Shown: positions 1 to 10,520, counted from the first letter of the stretch. The stretch: DNA of 64,000 bases from an uncultured delta proteobacterium (GCA_963816145.1 CAWFJP010000003.1:448001-512000), one strand, 5' to 3'. A program made the numbers and translations. Notes: a model not told the origin generated them from the sequence alone.

Positions 1-1079
1 GTCCCCTCGAGGTGCTGATGAGCGACCCCGAAGTCAGCGACATATTGGTCAACGATCACCAAACCGTCTTTATCGAGCGACACGGCAAAATCGAAGAGAC
101 CGACGTGCGCTTTCGCGACGAAGCGCACCTGATGCAGATCATCGGCCGCATCGTCAGCCGAGTCGGCCGCCGCATCGATGAACACTCGCCGATGGTCGAT
201 GCCCGCCTCCCGGACGGGTCTCGCGTCAACGCGATCATTCCGCCTTTGGCCATCGACGGCCCGATCCTGTCGATACGCCGCTTCGGCGTTGAGCGGCTCA
301 CGATGAAAGGCCTCATCGAACTCAATACGATGCCGCAGCACATCGCCGAAGTCCTAGAGGCCTGCGTCAAGTCGCGGCTAAACATCTTGATCTCCGGCGG
401 CACGGGCTCGGGCAAAACAACCTTGCTCAATTGCCTCTCCAATTACGTTCCGTCCACCGAGCGCATCGTCACCATCGAAGATTCCGCCGAATTGAAGTTG
501 CAGCAGAGACATGTGCTGCGGCTGGAGACCCGCCCGCCCAACATCGAAGGTAGCGGCACGATCACGCAGCGAGACTTGGTGCGCAATGCTCTGCGCATGC
601 GGCCGGATCGGATCGTCGTCGGTGAGGTGCGCGGCGGCGAAGCGCTCGATATGATGCAGGCGATGAATACCGGACACGACGGCTCGATCAGCACCATTCA
701 CGCCAACGCGGCTCGCGATGCCTTGGCCCGGGTCGAAACCATGATGATGATGGCGGGTTATGGTCTGCCGGAACGCGCCCTGCGCGAGCAAATCGCCTCG
801 GCCCTGGACATTGTAATTCAGCTCGCTCGTTTGAGTGACGGCAGTCGCAAACTCGTGGAGTTCGCTGAGATTACCGGAATGGAAGGCAACGTAATTTCAA
901 CCCAAACCATCTTCGGTTACGAACAGGTCGATGTCGACGCGGGCGGTAAAGTTGTCGGCAATTTCTATGCTACCGGCGTCATGCCCGCATTCATGACTCG
1001 CCTCGAGCGCTACGGCTTCAAGATTCCTGCCAATTATTTTTTGGCCTCGGATGAGCCGGCCATAAAGAAGGCGAGTTAG
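1..1079 (+). CDS. cpaF: CpaF/TadA-family pilus assembly ATPase (5'-truncated by window edge)
   Basis: Walker [46 protein letters not shown]; frame is open upstream of 12 (..[17 protein letters not shown]). Confidence 0.92.
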   Translation, partial: PLEVLMSDPEVSDILVNDHQTVFIERHGKIEETDVRFRDEAHLMQIIGRIVSRVGRRIDEHSPMVDARLPDGSRVNAIIPPLAIDGPILSIRRFGVERLTMKGLIELNTMPQHIAEVLEACVKSRLNILISGGTGSGKTTLLNCLSNYVPSTERIVTIEDSAELKLQQRHVLRLETRPPNIEGSGTITQRDLVRNALRMRPDRIVVGEVRGGEALDMMQAMNTGHDGSISTIHANAARDALARVETMMMMAGYGLPERALREQIASALDIVIQLARLSDGSRKLVEFAEITGMEGNVISTQTIFGYEQVDVDAGGKVVGNFYATGVMPAFMTRLERYGFKIPANYFLASDEPAIKKAS

Positions 1080-1171
1080 AGCGGTGAAACAATGCCGCGG
1101 GCGGAAACAACGCAGCCTGCGGCGTATCAGCGGCTCGCTAAACTCAAACGCTGATATGCTCGGACAAATTC

Positions 1172-2218
1172 TCACCGCGGCGGCAACGCACCGCCCTCGG
1201 CATAGACTTTGTAAAGCGCGACGGTCTCCGGATCGCGCGGCAACTCCCGCACTACCTTCTGAACCTCTTCCCCCGTGAGCGGCGTCGCCTCGCGCCCCAT
1301 GAGCTTTTTGAACTCCTGCTGGAACTCGGGATCTTTGAAAGTCCGCGCCATCGCCTCGCGCAGGATCTTCACCAATTCCGGCGGCGTACCCGGCGCCAGA
1401 TGATGCGGCCAACGCGGGACTTGAAAGGCGCGAAACAGCTCGATCACCTTGCGCTCGCGGTCGTTCTTGGCGAAGCTGTCGAGGTCAGGCAGTCCCGGCA
1501 AACGTGGATCGAAACGACCCTTGGGATTAGAAATGGTCGCGTGGAAGTGAACCTGATCGCGCAGGTCCTTGAGAACGCTATCGATGTTCCCTGACGTCCG
1601 GCCGTCGAGCTCACCGTTAACGAACGCGATGTCCATCTCCGGGTCATTGAAACCGACCACGAAGCGCGGCTCTTTCAAATCCAGCAGATGCGCGAACATC
1701 CGGCCGGTAATGTAGACGGAGTGGCCCACCGAATGGGCCCCCACGCGTAGACCACGCGCACTGCGAACTTTGTCGAGGCTATCGAAACTCGCAGTTTTGC
1801 GGCTGAAGAACACATACGGATTGCCGGTTTCCGTCGAGCCAATATAGGGAAACTTATCGATATCATAGTGGCTGCCAGATAGGCCGAGAATCGGCCCGGG
1901 AATCATGTTCCCCGCCGAGGCGATCTTCAAACCGTCAGGCTTCGCCGTGTAAAAATAATTGGCCGCCTTGCGACCCGAGGCGCCGTCCATAAACTCCATG
2001 ACGATGGTCGGGTTTCCCGGAACATATTTTTTCAAATAGGGTATCAGCGCGCGAGACTGAAACTCCCCGGAGCCACCGGCGCCGCCGCCGCGCACGATCG
2101 TGATAGTTTTGCCGGCATAATACGGAGCTTGAGCGCGGCTTTGGGTTGCCGCTAACAGCACCCCAAGAACCATCGCTGCTCGCGCAAAATTTTGAGTTCG
2201 GTTGATCAACTCCCGCAT
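1172..2218 (-). CDS. Bug/TctC-like tripartite tricarboxylate transporter substrate-binding protein
   Basis: Signal peptide, YYAGKTITIV..GG, PGNPTIV..M.GA.G, PDGL, PGTP motifs; start moved to ATG 2218 (AGGAGG RBS) because the longer ORF runs through a repeat. Confidence 0.82.
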   Translation of the reverse strand: MRELINRTQNFARAAMVLGVLLAATQSRAQAPYYAGKTITIVRGGGAGGSGEFQSRALIPYLKKYVPGNPTIVMEFMDGASGRKAANYFYTAKPDGLKIASAGNMIPGPILGLSGSHYDIDKFPYIGSTETGNPYVFFSRKTASFDSLDKVRSARGLRVGAHSVGHSVYITGRMFAHLLDLKEPRFVVGFNDPEMDIAFVNGELDGRTSGNIDSVLKDLRDQVHFHATISNPKGRFDPRLPGLPDLDSFAKNDRERKVIELFRAFQVPRWPHHLAPGTPPELVKILREAMARTFKDPEFQQEFKKLMGREATPLTGEEVQKVVRELPRDPETVALYKVYAEGGALPPR

Positions 2219-2255
2219 CTGCGGTCCTCCTACGAATCGTAATGCCGATTGAATG

Positions 2256-2450
2256 ACCCTCGGCTTTAAACTGAGGGTTTCCAAATACGTCGACTGACGT
2301 TCACTCTTCGTTCCGTCATTCCGGCGCAGGCCGGAATCCAGGTTTTCTTGGGCCTTGCAGCGCTGGCAAAGATGGATGCCGGCCTTCGCCGGCATGACAA
2401 ATCTACACTTCGCCTGAAGGCGAGGGACTTCAAGCGTCCCTGAACGGTAC
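2256..2450. repeat. Composite palindromic intergenic element, copy A (outer hairpins plus inner REP-like doublet 2315-2398)
   Basis: Aligns by eye along its length with 24077-24299. Confidence 0.75.
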
Positions 2451-2603
2451 ATTCATAGAGCCGTCGCGGCTGCGCCGTCAAGGGCAACCGCCGCTGCTGT
2501 AACACGTGGCGACTGGAGCAAGGTTCATGCTATGTTTTTTATCGGGGTGATAGCGTACCTCAAATGATCTGGCTGTGGCAATTATTTTAGCGTGGAGGTT
2601 GTC

Positions 2604-3059
2604 ATGAATGATAGCACCGAAAAAAAAGCCCGGGCTCTGGGAATCAATCATGTCGTCCTGGAAGTCGACGATTTGGACAAGGCGTTGGAATTCTATGGCG
2701 CGCTATTCGAGTTCACTCTGCGCGGCAAGAGCGCACACAACGCCTTTATCGACTTAGGCGATCAATTCATCCAGCTAACTCTCGGCCGCAGCCAGGTCGC
2801 CGACACCAAGCGCCACTTCGGCTTTGTCGTCGACGACCGTGACGCCGTGCGCCGAGCGATGGACAGACTCGGCATGAAAAGCATCAACGACCGGCTCAAT
2901 ATCCTCGACCCATGGGGTAACCGTATCGAGATCGTCCCCTACGCCGACTGCCAGTTCACTAAAGCGAGCCACATCCTCAAAGGCATGGGCGTCGAAGTAC
3001 CGGCGAAGACCGCTAGCGCTATCGAAGAACTTCACAAGAAAGGCATGGCACCCGAGTGA
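2604..3059 (+). CDS. VOC/glyoxalase family protein
   Basis: GINHVVLEV.DLD.A..FY, HFGFVVDD, DPWGNRIE; GGAGG RBS. Confidence 0.85.
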   Translation: MNDSTEKKARALGINHVVLEVDDLDKALEFYGALFEFTLRGKSAHNAFIDLGDQFIQLTLGRSQVADTKRHFGFVVDDRDAVRRAMDRLGMKSINDRLNILDPWGNRIEIVPYADCQFTKASHILKGMGVEVPAKTASAIEELHKKGMAPE

Positions 3060-3622
3060 ATAAATTGGTGGGACTCCGGACGACCAAGTCGAGTGTCTCG
3101 ATGTCATCAACGCGCGGTAACACTCCGGCCTTCTGGTCGGGGACGACCACGCCGTTGGGACGGCTGTACATAGCCACCAACGACCGAGGATTGTGCGCCA
3201 TCAAGTTTGGCCGACTTGAACCGGAGCTTGAGCCGCTGATCAAATCCCGCGCCCGGCGCGATCGCGACAGTCAATTGTCAAATCTAGTTTGCACCCAACT
3301 CCAAGAATATTTTTCGGGGCGACGACGGCTTTTCGACCTTACGCTGGACTTATCCGCGCTGACTTCGTTTCATCGCGAAGTTTTGGCCGTCACGAGCCGG
3401 ATTCCGTGGGGAGAAGTTTGGAGCTATCAGCGCGTCGCCCGTAAACTGGGACGACCCCAATCCAGCCGAGCCGTCGGTCAAGCCTTGGGGCGGAATCCGA
3501 TTCCGATCGTCATCCCCTGCCACCGCGTCATCGCCAGCGACGGTGGTCTCGGCGGCTATTGCGGCAAGACCGGTCTAGAGTTGAAGAGCTGGCTACTGCG
3601 CCATGAAGGCGCGCAGTTGTGA
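3056..3622 (+). CDS. ogt: Methylated-DNA-protein-cysteine S-methyltransferase
   Basis: RAVGQALGRNPIPIVIPCHRVI active-site motif; start uncertain (3056 or 3101). Confidence 0.9.
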   Translation: MNKLVGLRTTKSSVSMSSTRGNTPAFWSGTTTPLGRLYIATNDRGLCAIKFGRLEPELEPLIKSRARRDRDSQLSNLVCTQLQEYFSGRRRLFDLTLDLSALTSFHREVLAVTSRIPWGEVWSYQRVARKLGRPQSSRAVGQALGRNPIPIVIPCHRVIASDGGLGGYCGKTGLELKSWLLRHEGAQL

Positions 3623-4536
3623 ATTCACGCGATACCGCTTCGTCTCACCACAGCGGCTCATCGGTAATGATCTGGACAGCGTTATCCGCAGTCTATCTGA
3701 TTTGGGGTTCGACCTATCTGGCGATTCGTTTCACCGTCGAAACTACGCCGCCATTTTTATCGGCGGCTGCACGCTTTATTGTTTCCGGCGCGGCGTTGTA
3801 CCTCTGGCGGCGCCTGTACGGCGATGCCACACCGAGCGGGAGCGAATGGCGCAGCGCCACAGTGATCGGCATCCTCTTACTCGTCGGCGGCAACGGCGCA
3901 GTGGTCTGGGCCGCGCGTTATATTCCGTCGAGTCTGGCAGCCTTACTGGTCGCCACTTGTCCGCTGTGGCTGCTGCTGTTCGACTTCATCCGGCGCGGCG
4001 GAGAAAAACCTGGGCCACGTGCTCTGTCAGGAATATGCATCGGCTTCTGTGGCGCAATCCTATTAATCGGCTGGTCGGCCAACGGCTCCACACCGAATAG
4101 TTTCGCCGGCGCAGTCGTCGTGGTCTTGGGCTCGATCTTTTGGGCCGGCGGGTCAATTTACGGCAAGACCGCCAAGCTGCCGTCATCGCCCCTGCTTATC
4201 ACCGGCATGGAAATGCTCAGCGGCGGCGGCGCCCTGCTCCTTATTGCCCTCGCCACCGGCGAAACGAGCTCTTTCGATATCGCGCAAGTTTCAACGCGTT
4301 CTGCCCTGGGCTGGATCTATCTGACCGTCATCGGCCCCATCGCCTTCGTCGCCTACGCATGGCTCCTGCGCAATGCGCCGATTCCGCTAGTTGCGACCTA
4401 CTCCTACGTCAATCCGCTGGTCGCCATCCTGCTCGGCTACTTTCTCGGCAAGGAGATTCTGGCCCTGCGAGTTCTGCTCGCCGCCGGATTGATCATCGGC
4501 TCGGTGGTCTTGGTTAGCGTGCGTAGAACGCCCTAG
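3619..4536 (+). CDS. EamA/DMT family transporter (YedA-like)
   Basis: YLIWGSTYLAIR, YSYVNPLVAILLG, about 10 hydrophobic helices. Confidence 0.88.
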   Translation: MNSRDTASSHHSGSSVMIWTALSAVYLIWGSTYLAIRFTVETTPPFLSAAARFIVSGAALYLWRRLYGDATPSGSEWRSATVIGILLLVGGNGAVVWAARYIPSSLAALLVATCPLWLLLFDFIRRGGEKPGPRALSGICIGFCGAILLIGWSANGSTPNSFAGAVVVVLGSIFWAGGSIYGKTAKLPSSPLLITGMEMLSGGGALLLIALATGETSSFDIAQVSTRSALGWIYLTVIGPIAFVAYAWLLRNAPIPLVATYSYVNPLVAILLGYFLGKEILALRVLLAAGLIIGSVVLVSVRRTP

Positions 4537-4539
4537 AGC

Positions 4540-4571
4540 AATTCCAAATTCCAGATTACAGATTCCAAATT
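4540..4571. repeat. Heptamer tandem repeat (ATTCCAA-like x4)
   Basis: attccaa attccag attacag attccaa, intergenic. Confidence 0.7.
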
Positions 4572-4605
4572 TTCTGATATGTGCTGACAAATAAGTGGAG
4601 GCTCT

Positions 4606-5214
4606 ATGGCGATAAAACTTTATCACGACGTACCGTCCACCAATTGCGACCGCGTTAAAATCGTCCTGGCGGAAAAAGGACTCTCCTGGGAGGGGATTTG
4701 GGTCAAGCTTGGGAAAATGGAACAAAAGAGTCCGGAGCATTTGAAACGTAATCCCTACGGTAAAATTCCGGTGATCGACGATGACGGCAAACTGCTTTTC
4801 GAGTCTTGCATCATCAACGAATATCTTGACGAAAAATATCCCAACCCGCCGCTGCAACCGAAAGACCCGTATCTACGCGCCCGCGGCCGCATCCTGGTCG
4901 ACTATTTTTTGAACTATCTGCACGGTCCTTACTGGGCGCTGCGCGGCGAAATGATCAAGAAGAATGAAGCTGAACGCGACCAGAAGCTCATCACTGAAAC
5001 CAGAAAAGAAGTTACCGCGCGGCTTCAGTATCTCGAAGAAGCTCTTGGCGACAAACCTTTCTTCCTTGGCGAATACGGCCTCACCGATATCGCCATGCTG
5101 CCGCGCTTTCCGCGACTGGCGCAGTATGGCGTTTTGCCGAGCCCGGCGCTGCCCAAGTTAACCGCCTGGTTCGAGCGCATGAAACAGCGCCAGGCCGTGC
5201 AGGCAATCCTGTAG
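4606..5214 (+). CDS. Glutathione S-transferase family protein
   Basis: NPYGKIPVI.DDG..LFES.II.EYLDE; C-terminal helical domain with L.DIA motif. Confidence 0.9.
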   Translation: MAIKLYHDVPSTNCDRVKIVLAEKGLSWEGIWVKLGKMEQKSPEHLKRNPYGKIPVIDDDGKLLFESCIINEYLDEKYPNPPLQPKDPYLRARGRILVDYFLNYLHGPYWALRGEMIKKNEAERDQKLITETRKEVTARLQYLEEALGDKPFFLGEYGLTDIAMLPRFPRLAQYGVLPSPALPKLTAWFERMKQRQAVQAIL

Positions 5215-5315
5215 AATTCTATGGAATAAAAACAGCGTGAGAAGTGCAAAGTGAGTTGTCCGGAGAGATCGTTTCGAGCTCTTTACTCCTCACTATTCAC
5301 TCCTCACTGCGCCCC

Positions 5316-6326
5316 CTATTTCCCCCCGAACACCTTGGCGAGAAAACCTTCTTTCTCAAGCTCAGCGACGTATTGATACAAGACGTAATCTTTCGCCTGA
5401 ATATCCTTGGCCTCCGGGCGGTTTCTTTTTAAGATTTGCGCGGTGAACTCGACCCCTTCGAGGGTCGGATACGGCTTAGTCGGAAAGGTTTTGCTGTAGT
5501 AGCGGTAGGTTTCTTCCAGCTGATCTTTTTGCTTTTCTGGATCAAGACGCAAATACTGCGCGATGGATTTCAAAACTTGCGGCTTCTTCGCCGGATCTTT
5601 CCATAGGCTGAGTCCCTCGATGAGCGCGCGCAAGGTGCGCATGGTCATGTCGGGATTGCGATCGAGGAAATTTTTGGTCGCGACGATCAGTTGGTGCGCG
5701 TAGGCAACACCGCTATCGGATAGATCGATGACTTCGTTAAAACCCAACTGCCGGCCGGCCAGATTGAGCGGCGGGCTGACAATAGCCCCATCGACAACCC
5801 CGGCCTTGAGCGCCGCGAAACGCTCGCTCTGACCGCCGCCTTGGAGAATGAATACATCCTTGTCCGGCTTGAGTCCATATTTCTCCACCGCGGCGCGCGC
5901 GGCCGTATCGGAGGATGAGCCGAAGCGGCTGATGACGATTTTCTTGCCGCGCAGGTCCGCCGGCACCTTGACCTCGGGCCGCGAAAGAATAAGAAACGGA
6001 AACGTGTTGATCATGCCGCCGACGAAATAAATATTCGCGCCGCGCAAATTGGCCGTCAAGGTCGCGACGCCGTCCTGGGTGGCGAATTGAATGTCGCCGG
6101 CGATCAACGATTGCATCCCCACAGTGCCGCCCGGGAACGATATCAATTCCACGTTGAGGCCGTACTTCTGAAATAACCCGGCTTGCTTGGTCACGAAATA
6201 GTGACTGTTGGTTCCCGCGGGCGCTTCGATGCCGATGCGCACCGTCGGCAGCGGCTTCTGCGCCCACGCCGCCACCCCGGACGACAAAATCACCATTAAG
6301 AGTCCTAGAAGGGCCAATCGCTTCAT
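5316..6326 (-). CDS. ABC substrate-binding protein, SsuA/NMT1-THI5-like
   Basis: Signal peptide, GLFQKYGLNVEL, DLRGKKI.ISRFGSSS. Confidence 0.85.
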   Translation of the reverse strand: MKRLALLGLLMVILSSGVAAWAQKPLPTVRIGIEAPAGTNSHYFVTKQAGLFQKYGLNVELISFPGGTVGMQSLIAGDIQFATQDGVATLTANLRGANIYFVGGMINTFPFLILSRPEVKVPADLRGKKIVISRFGSSSDTAARAAVEKYGLKPDKDVFILQGGGQSERFAALKAGVVDGAIVSPPLNLAGRQLGFNEVIDLSDSGVAYAHQLIVATKNFLDRNPDMTMRTLRALIEGLSLWKDPAKKPQVLKSIAQYLRLDPEKQKDQLEETYRYYSKTFPTKPYPTLEGVEFTAQILKRNRPEAKDIQAKDYVLYQYVAELEKEGFLAKVFGGK

Positions 6327-6460
6327 AGTAACGCTCCTTGCTTGTGGCGCCGTTGTAGCGGTAAGCGGCGAACCCTGTCAAGCACAGAACCTTGGCTTTC
6401 CAGTTGATCGTTGCCTGAGACTCGACTACGGTCGTCAGCGATCGAAGCTATTGCAGTTCG

Positions 6461-7696
6461 ATGGAACGATCCCGTATGGCGCCGCAAGTCACACCCTGGC
6501 AAGTTCTCAAGGAGCGCGACTTCGGTCTTTTCTGGGCGAGCCTGCTCTTTTCCGCCGTTGGCAGCCAAATCTCCACGGTGGCAATCGCCTGGCAGATTTA
6601 CGAGATCACCAACTCGCCGTTTCAGTTGGGCTTGGCCGGACTGTTCCGGGCGCTGCCGATCATGCTTCTGTCGATTCCTGGCGGCGTGGTCGCCGACCGA
6701 ATGGACCGGCGTTGGCTGTTGATCATCACCCAGGGCGTCGCCGCGCTGTTAGCGCTTTCGTTGGCGCTCCTGAGTTTTTTCAGTCAGGTACAGGTCTGGC
6801 ATATTTATGCCGTGACGTTTCTCTCCGGCGCCGTGGGAATTTTCGATTCACCGGCGCGCACAGCTTTGATTCCCGCGCTCGTGCGCCCCGAGCAGCTGGC
6901 GACCGCCTACGCGCTGAACATCTCCTGGCGCCAAATCGCCACGCTGTCTGGGCCGTTCATCGGTGGCGTCATCATCGCCAGCGTCGGCCTCAGCACCTCA
7001 TACTTTATCGATGCTGTAAGCTTCCTAAGCGTGATCTTCTGTCTCGCGCTTATGCGCGCGCGCCCGGCGCCAACCTCTGATGTTAAGAAGGAATCGCCGA
7101 TGGATAGCGTGCGCAGCGGCTTTGCATTCATCCGCGACAACACCGCCATCCTGGGCTTGATGAGCATGGACACCTGCGTGCAGTTTTTCGGCGCCTATCG
7201 CTCGATGATGCCGGTGTTCGCCCGCGACATTCTCGCCGTCGGCCCCGCCGGCCTCGGCGCTCTGCTCGGTGTCCCGGCCTTCGGCGCCCTCGCCGGATCG
7301 GCCATCGTCTTGGCGGTGGGAAATCCTAAACGTAAAGGCGAGTTAATTATCACCGTCTCGTTGATCTACACCGCGGGGCTGATTTGCTTCGCCCTTTCGC
7401 GCTCGCTGATTCTGTCGTTGGCGATTGGCTTTCTCCTGGGCCTGGTCGACGCCGTCGGCGAGACCCTGCGCGATACCCTGGTCCAGCTGATCACCCCGGA
7501 CCCGATGCGCGGCCGGGTCAAAAGTTTCGATCAAGTCTTCATGTCCGCCGGCACTTACTTGGGCCATGCGCAGATCGGCGCGGCGGCGACTTTTCTCGGC
7601 GTCCCCGGCGCCTTGGTCATGGGCGGTTGTCTCGGTTCCGCGGGAGTTCTCTTGGTTGCGAAGTACGCGCGCGGTTTGCGCGAGATCGATGCTTGA
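6461..7696 (+). CDS. MFS transporter (EntS/MFS_3-like)
   Basis: GGVVADRMDRR MFS motif A, about 12 TM segments, TPD.MRGRV. Confidence 0.88.
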   Translation: MERSRMAPQVTPWQVLKERDFGLFWASLLFSAVGSQISTVAIAWQIYEITNSPFQLGLAGLFRALPIMLLSIPGGVVADRMDRRWLLIITQGVAALLALSLALLSFFSQVQVWHIYAVTFLSGAVGIFDSPARTALIPALVRPEQLATAYALNISWRQIATLSGPFIGGVIIASVGLSTSYFIDAVSFLSVIFCLALMRARPAPTSDVKKESPMDSVRSGFAFIRDNTAILGLMSMDTCVQFFGAYRSMMPVFARDILAVGPAGLGALLGVPAFGALAGSAIVLAVGNPKRKGELIITVSLIYTAGLICFALSRSLILSLAIGFLLGLVDAVGETLRDTLVQLITPDPMRGRVKSFDQVFMSAGTYLGHAQIGAAATFLGVPGALVMGGCLGSAGVLLVAKYARGLREIDA

Positions 7697-7708
7697 TCTC
7701 CGCTGTGG

Positions 7709-8683
7709 TTAACGCAGTCCCAGCTCTCTTTGCGCTTCTTCGAGAAACGACAGGTTGGCAATTTGATTGTGCGACACCTGTTTTTGCGATTTATTGGCCT
7801 TAAGGGTTTGTTGAATCACGTTTTCGATGGCACTGTCACTCGCCGCGCCGTTGGCGCTGAAGGTCTTGAGCATCACTTGATAGCTCTTCTCGGCGATATC
7901 CGGTTCAATCTTCCATTGTTTGGCGATCATCTCGACGACCCGGTTCTTTTCCTTGCGTAGAAACACCAGGCTTCTGACGAAGCCGCGCACCATGCGTTTC
8001 ACCTGGCCGGGGTTGCGCGCAATCTTGTTGTCCGAAGTCACCAGACCCGCTTGCAACTGTTCTTTAACGACGTCGCCGGCCCAGGCGATGACGCGAAACC
8101 CTTCCTTTTCCATGATGACATCATAGGGCGGCGTGAACAGCGCCGCCGCCACCGCGCCGGTGCGCAGCGCGGTTTGATTATTGGCCTGACTGCCCAACCC
8201 TTGGGTAACGATCTCACGGTCGGAAATGCCAAACGAGCGTATGATCTCGCGGGCGACTAAATCCGTCGTGCTGCCAATGGAAGTCACCGCTACGTTCTTG
8301 CCCTTGAGATCGCCGGGACTCTTAATTTCAGGGCGCACGTTCAGCGCCAAGGCCGGGCGAATACCGCCGAAGGCTATAACTTTGACCGGCAAGCCGGTGG
8401 TCGCGGCGCGCATCATGGTGTCAGCCAAGGTCGAATAGTCGAGATCGCCCTGCAACAACGCCGGCCCGACCAATCGTCCATTCATCAAGACGATTTGCAC
8501 ATCGAGCCCTTCCTCGCGAAACAGCCCGAAGCGCACGCCGGCATAGGAGGGCAATTGACTCAGCGCCGTGACCGGGATGGCGAGATTGACCCGTTCCAAC
8601 TTGTCCTGACACTGGCCGGAGTCCATAGCCAAAAGAATCGTAATGAGACTCAAAGCTAACCCGATGACGTAACCCGTCTTCAT
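7709..8683 (-). CDS. ABC substrate-binding protein, SsuA/NMT1-like
   Basis: GLFREEGLDVQIV, DLKGKNVAVTSIGS; start moved to MKTGY (signal peptide). Confidence 0.83.
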   Translation of the reverse strand: MKTGYVIGLALSLITILLAMDSGQCQDKLERVNLAIPVTALSQLPSYAGVRFGLFREEGLDVQIVLMNGRLVGPALLQGDLDYSTLADTMMRAATTGLPVKVIAFGGIRPALALNVRPEIKSPGDLKGKNVAVTSIGSTTDLVAREIIRSFGISDREIVTQGLGSQANNQTALRTGAVAAALFTPPYDVIMEKEGFRVIAWAGDVVKEQLQAGLVTSDNKIARNPGQVKRMVRGFVRSLVFLRKEKNRVVEMIAKQWKIEPDIAEKSYQVMLKTFSANGAASDSAIENVIQQTLKANKSQKQVSHNQIANLSFLEEAQRELGLR

Positions 8684-8843
8684 AATTTGGCGAACTCGGT
8701 TCGGGGCCGATAGTAGCGGAAATGAAAACTTGGCGTCAATCGAACCCCGGTAAGAAATCTTTGCTAAACTCTCCCACCGGCGGTTGAATAATCGGCGCGG
8801 CATCAGCTATTGTCCAGCCGTCAGTGTCGAGAGGAGCAACGCT

Positions 8844-9686
8844 ATGCCTTACGCAAACGTCCGCGGCATCAATATGAATTATCAAATCCTCGGCAGCACC
8901 GGCCCGTGGGCCGCGCTCTCCCCCGGCGGACGGCGCGACATCAGCGGTATCCAAAACCAAGCCGGCAAACTCGCCGATCTCGGATACCGCGTCGTCATCT
9001 TCGACCGGCGCAACTGCGGCGCGTCGGATGTCGTCATCGACGGCAACGACTCGGAATACGAGATCTGGGCCGATGATGTCCATGAGTTGCTGAATCAATT
9101 GGAAGCGTTGCCCGCCATCGTCGGCGGCAGCTCGTCCGGTTGCCGCACTGCTCTGCTTTTCGCCTTGCGCCATCCGGAGTCCGTGCGCGCATTGCTTCTG
9201 TGGCGCATTACCGGCGGAAGATTCGCCTGCGAACGCTTGGCCGAAGAATACTACGGCCAGTTCATCACTGCGGCCAAGAGCGGCGGCATGGCCGCGGTCT
9301 GCGGCATGGAGCATTGGCAAGAACGCATCAAAGCGCGCCCCGAGAACCGCAACACGCTGATGCAAATGGACCCGCAGCATTTTATCCGAGTCATGTCGCG
9401 CTGGCGCGAATACTTTCTTAAGGGCGCCGATCTCCCCGTCATCGGGGCGACCGAAGCCGATCTGCTCACGATAAAAGTCCCGGCCTGCATCGTCCCCGGT
9501 AACGATCTCACCCATGGACGGCAAACCGGTGAAACCCTCGGCCGCCTACTACAAAAGAGCGAAGTCCATGTGCTATTTCCCAAACACTACGACGAACCCT
9601 TGAGTCCGCGCGAGGAATGGGACGCCAAGGCCGGCGAGATGGCAGCGCTGTGGCACGAATTCCTCAAACGCTCGAAAGTTGTGTAA
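8844..9686 (+). CDS. Alpha/beta hydrolase
   Basis: YRVVIFDRRNCGAS, nucleophile elbow GSSSG; GAGGAG RBS before ATG 8844. Confidence 0.82.
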   Translation: MPYANVRGINMNYQILGSTGPWAALSPGGRRDISGIQNQAGKLADLGYRVVIFDRRNCGASDVVIDGNDSEYEIWADDVHELLNQLEALPAIVGGSSSGCRTALLFALRHPESVRALLLWRITGGRFACERLAEEYYGQFITAAKSGGMAAVCGMEHWQERIKARPENRNTLMQMDPQHFIRVMSRWREYFLKGADLPVIGATEADLLTIKVPACIVPGNDLTHGRQTGETLGRLLQKSEVHVLFPKHYDEPLSPREEWDAKAGEMAALWHEFLKRSKVV

Positions 9687-9711
9687 TAGCTATAGGAAAT
9701 GACGAAAAGGT

Positions 9712-9794
9712 TTCACCACGAAGTTCACGAAGAGCACGAAGGCATTGGACAAAGACATTTCCGAACTTCGTGCGCTTCGTGTCCTTCGTGGTGA
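9712..9794. repeat. Inverted doublet of 9-bp units (CACGAAGnn)
   Basis: caccacgaag..cacgaag..cacgaag / cttcgtg..cttcgtg..cttcgtggtg; also at 20137 and 28309. Confidence 0.8.
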
Positions 9795-9839
9795 GAAACG
9801 ACTACCATCAACACGCAGCAATCACACAAGGAGACAACA

Positions 9840-10520
9840 GTGATCGAACCGCTAGACGCACTGAAAGACAAAATAGTGATGGTCGCCAAGATCCTGCAGC
9901 ACGAACGCGTGATCGACGGCTACGGCCATATCACGGCACGTTTACCGGGATATAGAATCCTCAGCACGCCGCATATGCCGCCAGGTAAAGTCGCCGTCCG
10001 CGATTTGATCATTCTCGACGCCGATGGGAAAAAACTCGAAGGCCACGGCGACCCCAACGGCGAGACCGCCATGCACACGTCGATCTATAAGGCACGCCCG
10101 GACGTAGAGTGCATCTTGCACTACCACGCCGACGAGCTGGTCGCCGTCGCCGCCACCGGCCAGGAGATCAAAGTGATCTCGAACTGCGGCGTCAACTTTC
10201 ACCGCGGTACGCCAATCTATGACTCGCCGGTGCTGATCCGCAACGAACAACTAGGCGACAAAGTTGCGACTACCCTCGGCGACAAAGTCGCCGTCCTCCT
10301 GCGCGGCCACGGCGGCACCGTGGTGGCCAAGAACTTGGACCAGCTCTGCCGACTCGGTCTCGACCTCGTGCGCAGCGCCAAACTCCAGATCATGGCCGCC
10401 CCGCTCGGAGCGGTGAAAGTCCATAGCAAAGAGGAATGCGAGGCGATGACCAGGATCGAAACCCGGCCGGACGTGCATCGCCGCTTCATGGATTACTACA
10501 TCTCGGAAGTGGTTGACTGA
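9840..10520 (+). CDS. Class II aldolase/adducin family protein
   Basis: GHITAR, E.AMH.SIYKARPDV.CILH.H, VLLRGHG. Confidence 0.88.
   Translation: MIEPLDALKDKIVMVAKILQHERVIDGYGHITARLPGYRILSTPHMPPGKVAVRDLIILDADGKKLEGHGDPNGETAMHTSIYKARPDVECILHYHADELVAVAATGQEIKVISNCGVNFHRGTPIYDSPVLIRNEQLGDKVATTLGDKVAVLLRGHGGTVVAKNLDQLCRLGLDLVRSAKLQIMAAPLGAVKVHSKEECEAMTRIETRPDVHRRFMDYYISEVVD

Noticed and set aside
2219-2452. N-terminal extensions of ORFs 1172-2452 and 13390-14778
   Set aside because: These are translations of REP-like repeats (VMPAKAGIH, VIPAEAVI); better starts with signal peptides lie at 2218 and 13558
9712-9794. Possible CRISPR or mini-array
   Set aside because: Units are 9 bp, inverted and lack unique spacers; no cas genes in the window
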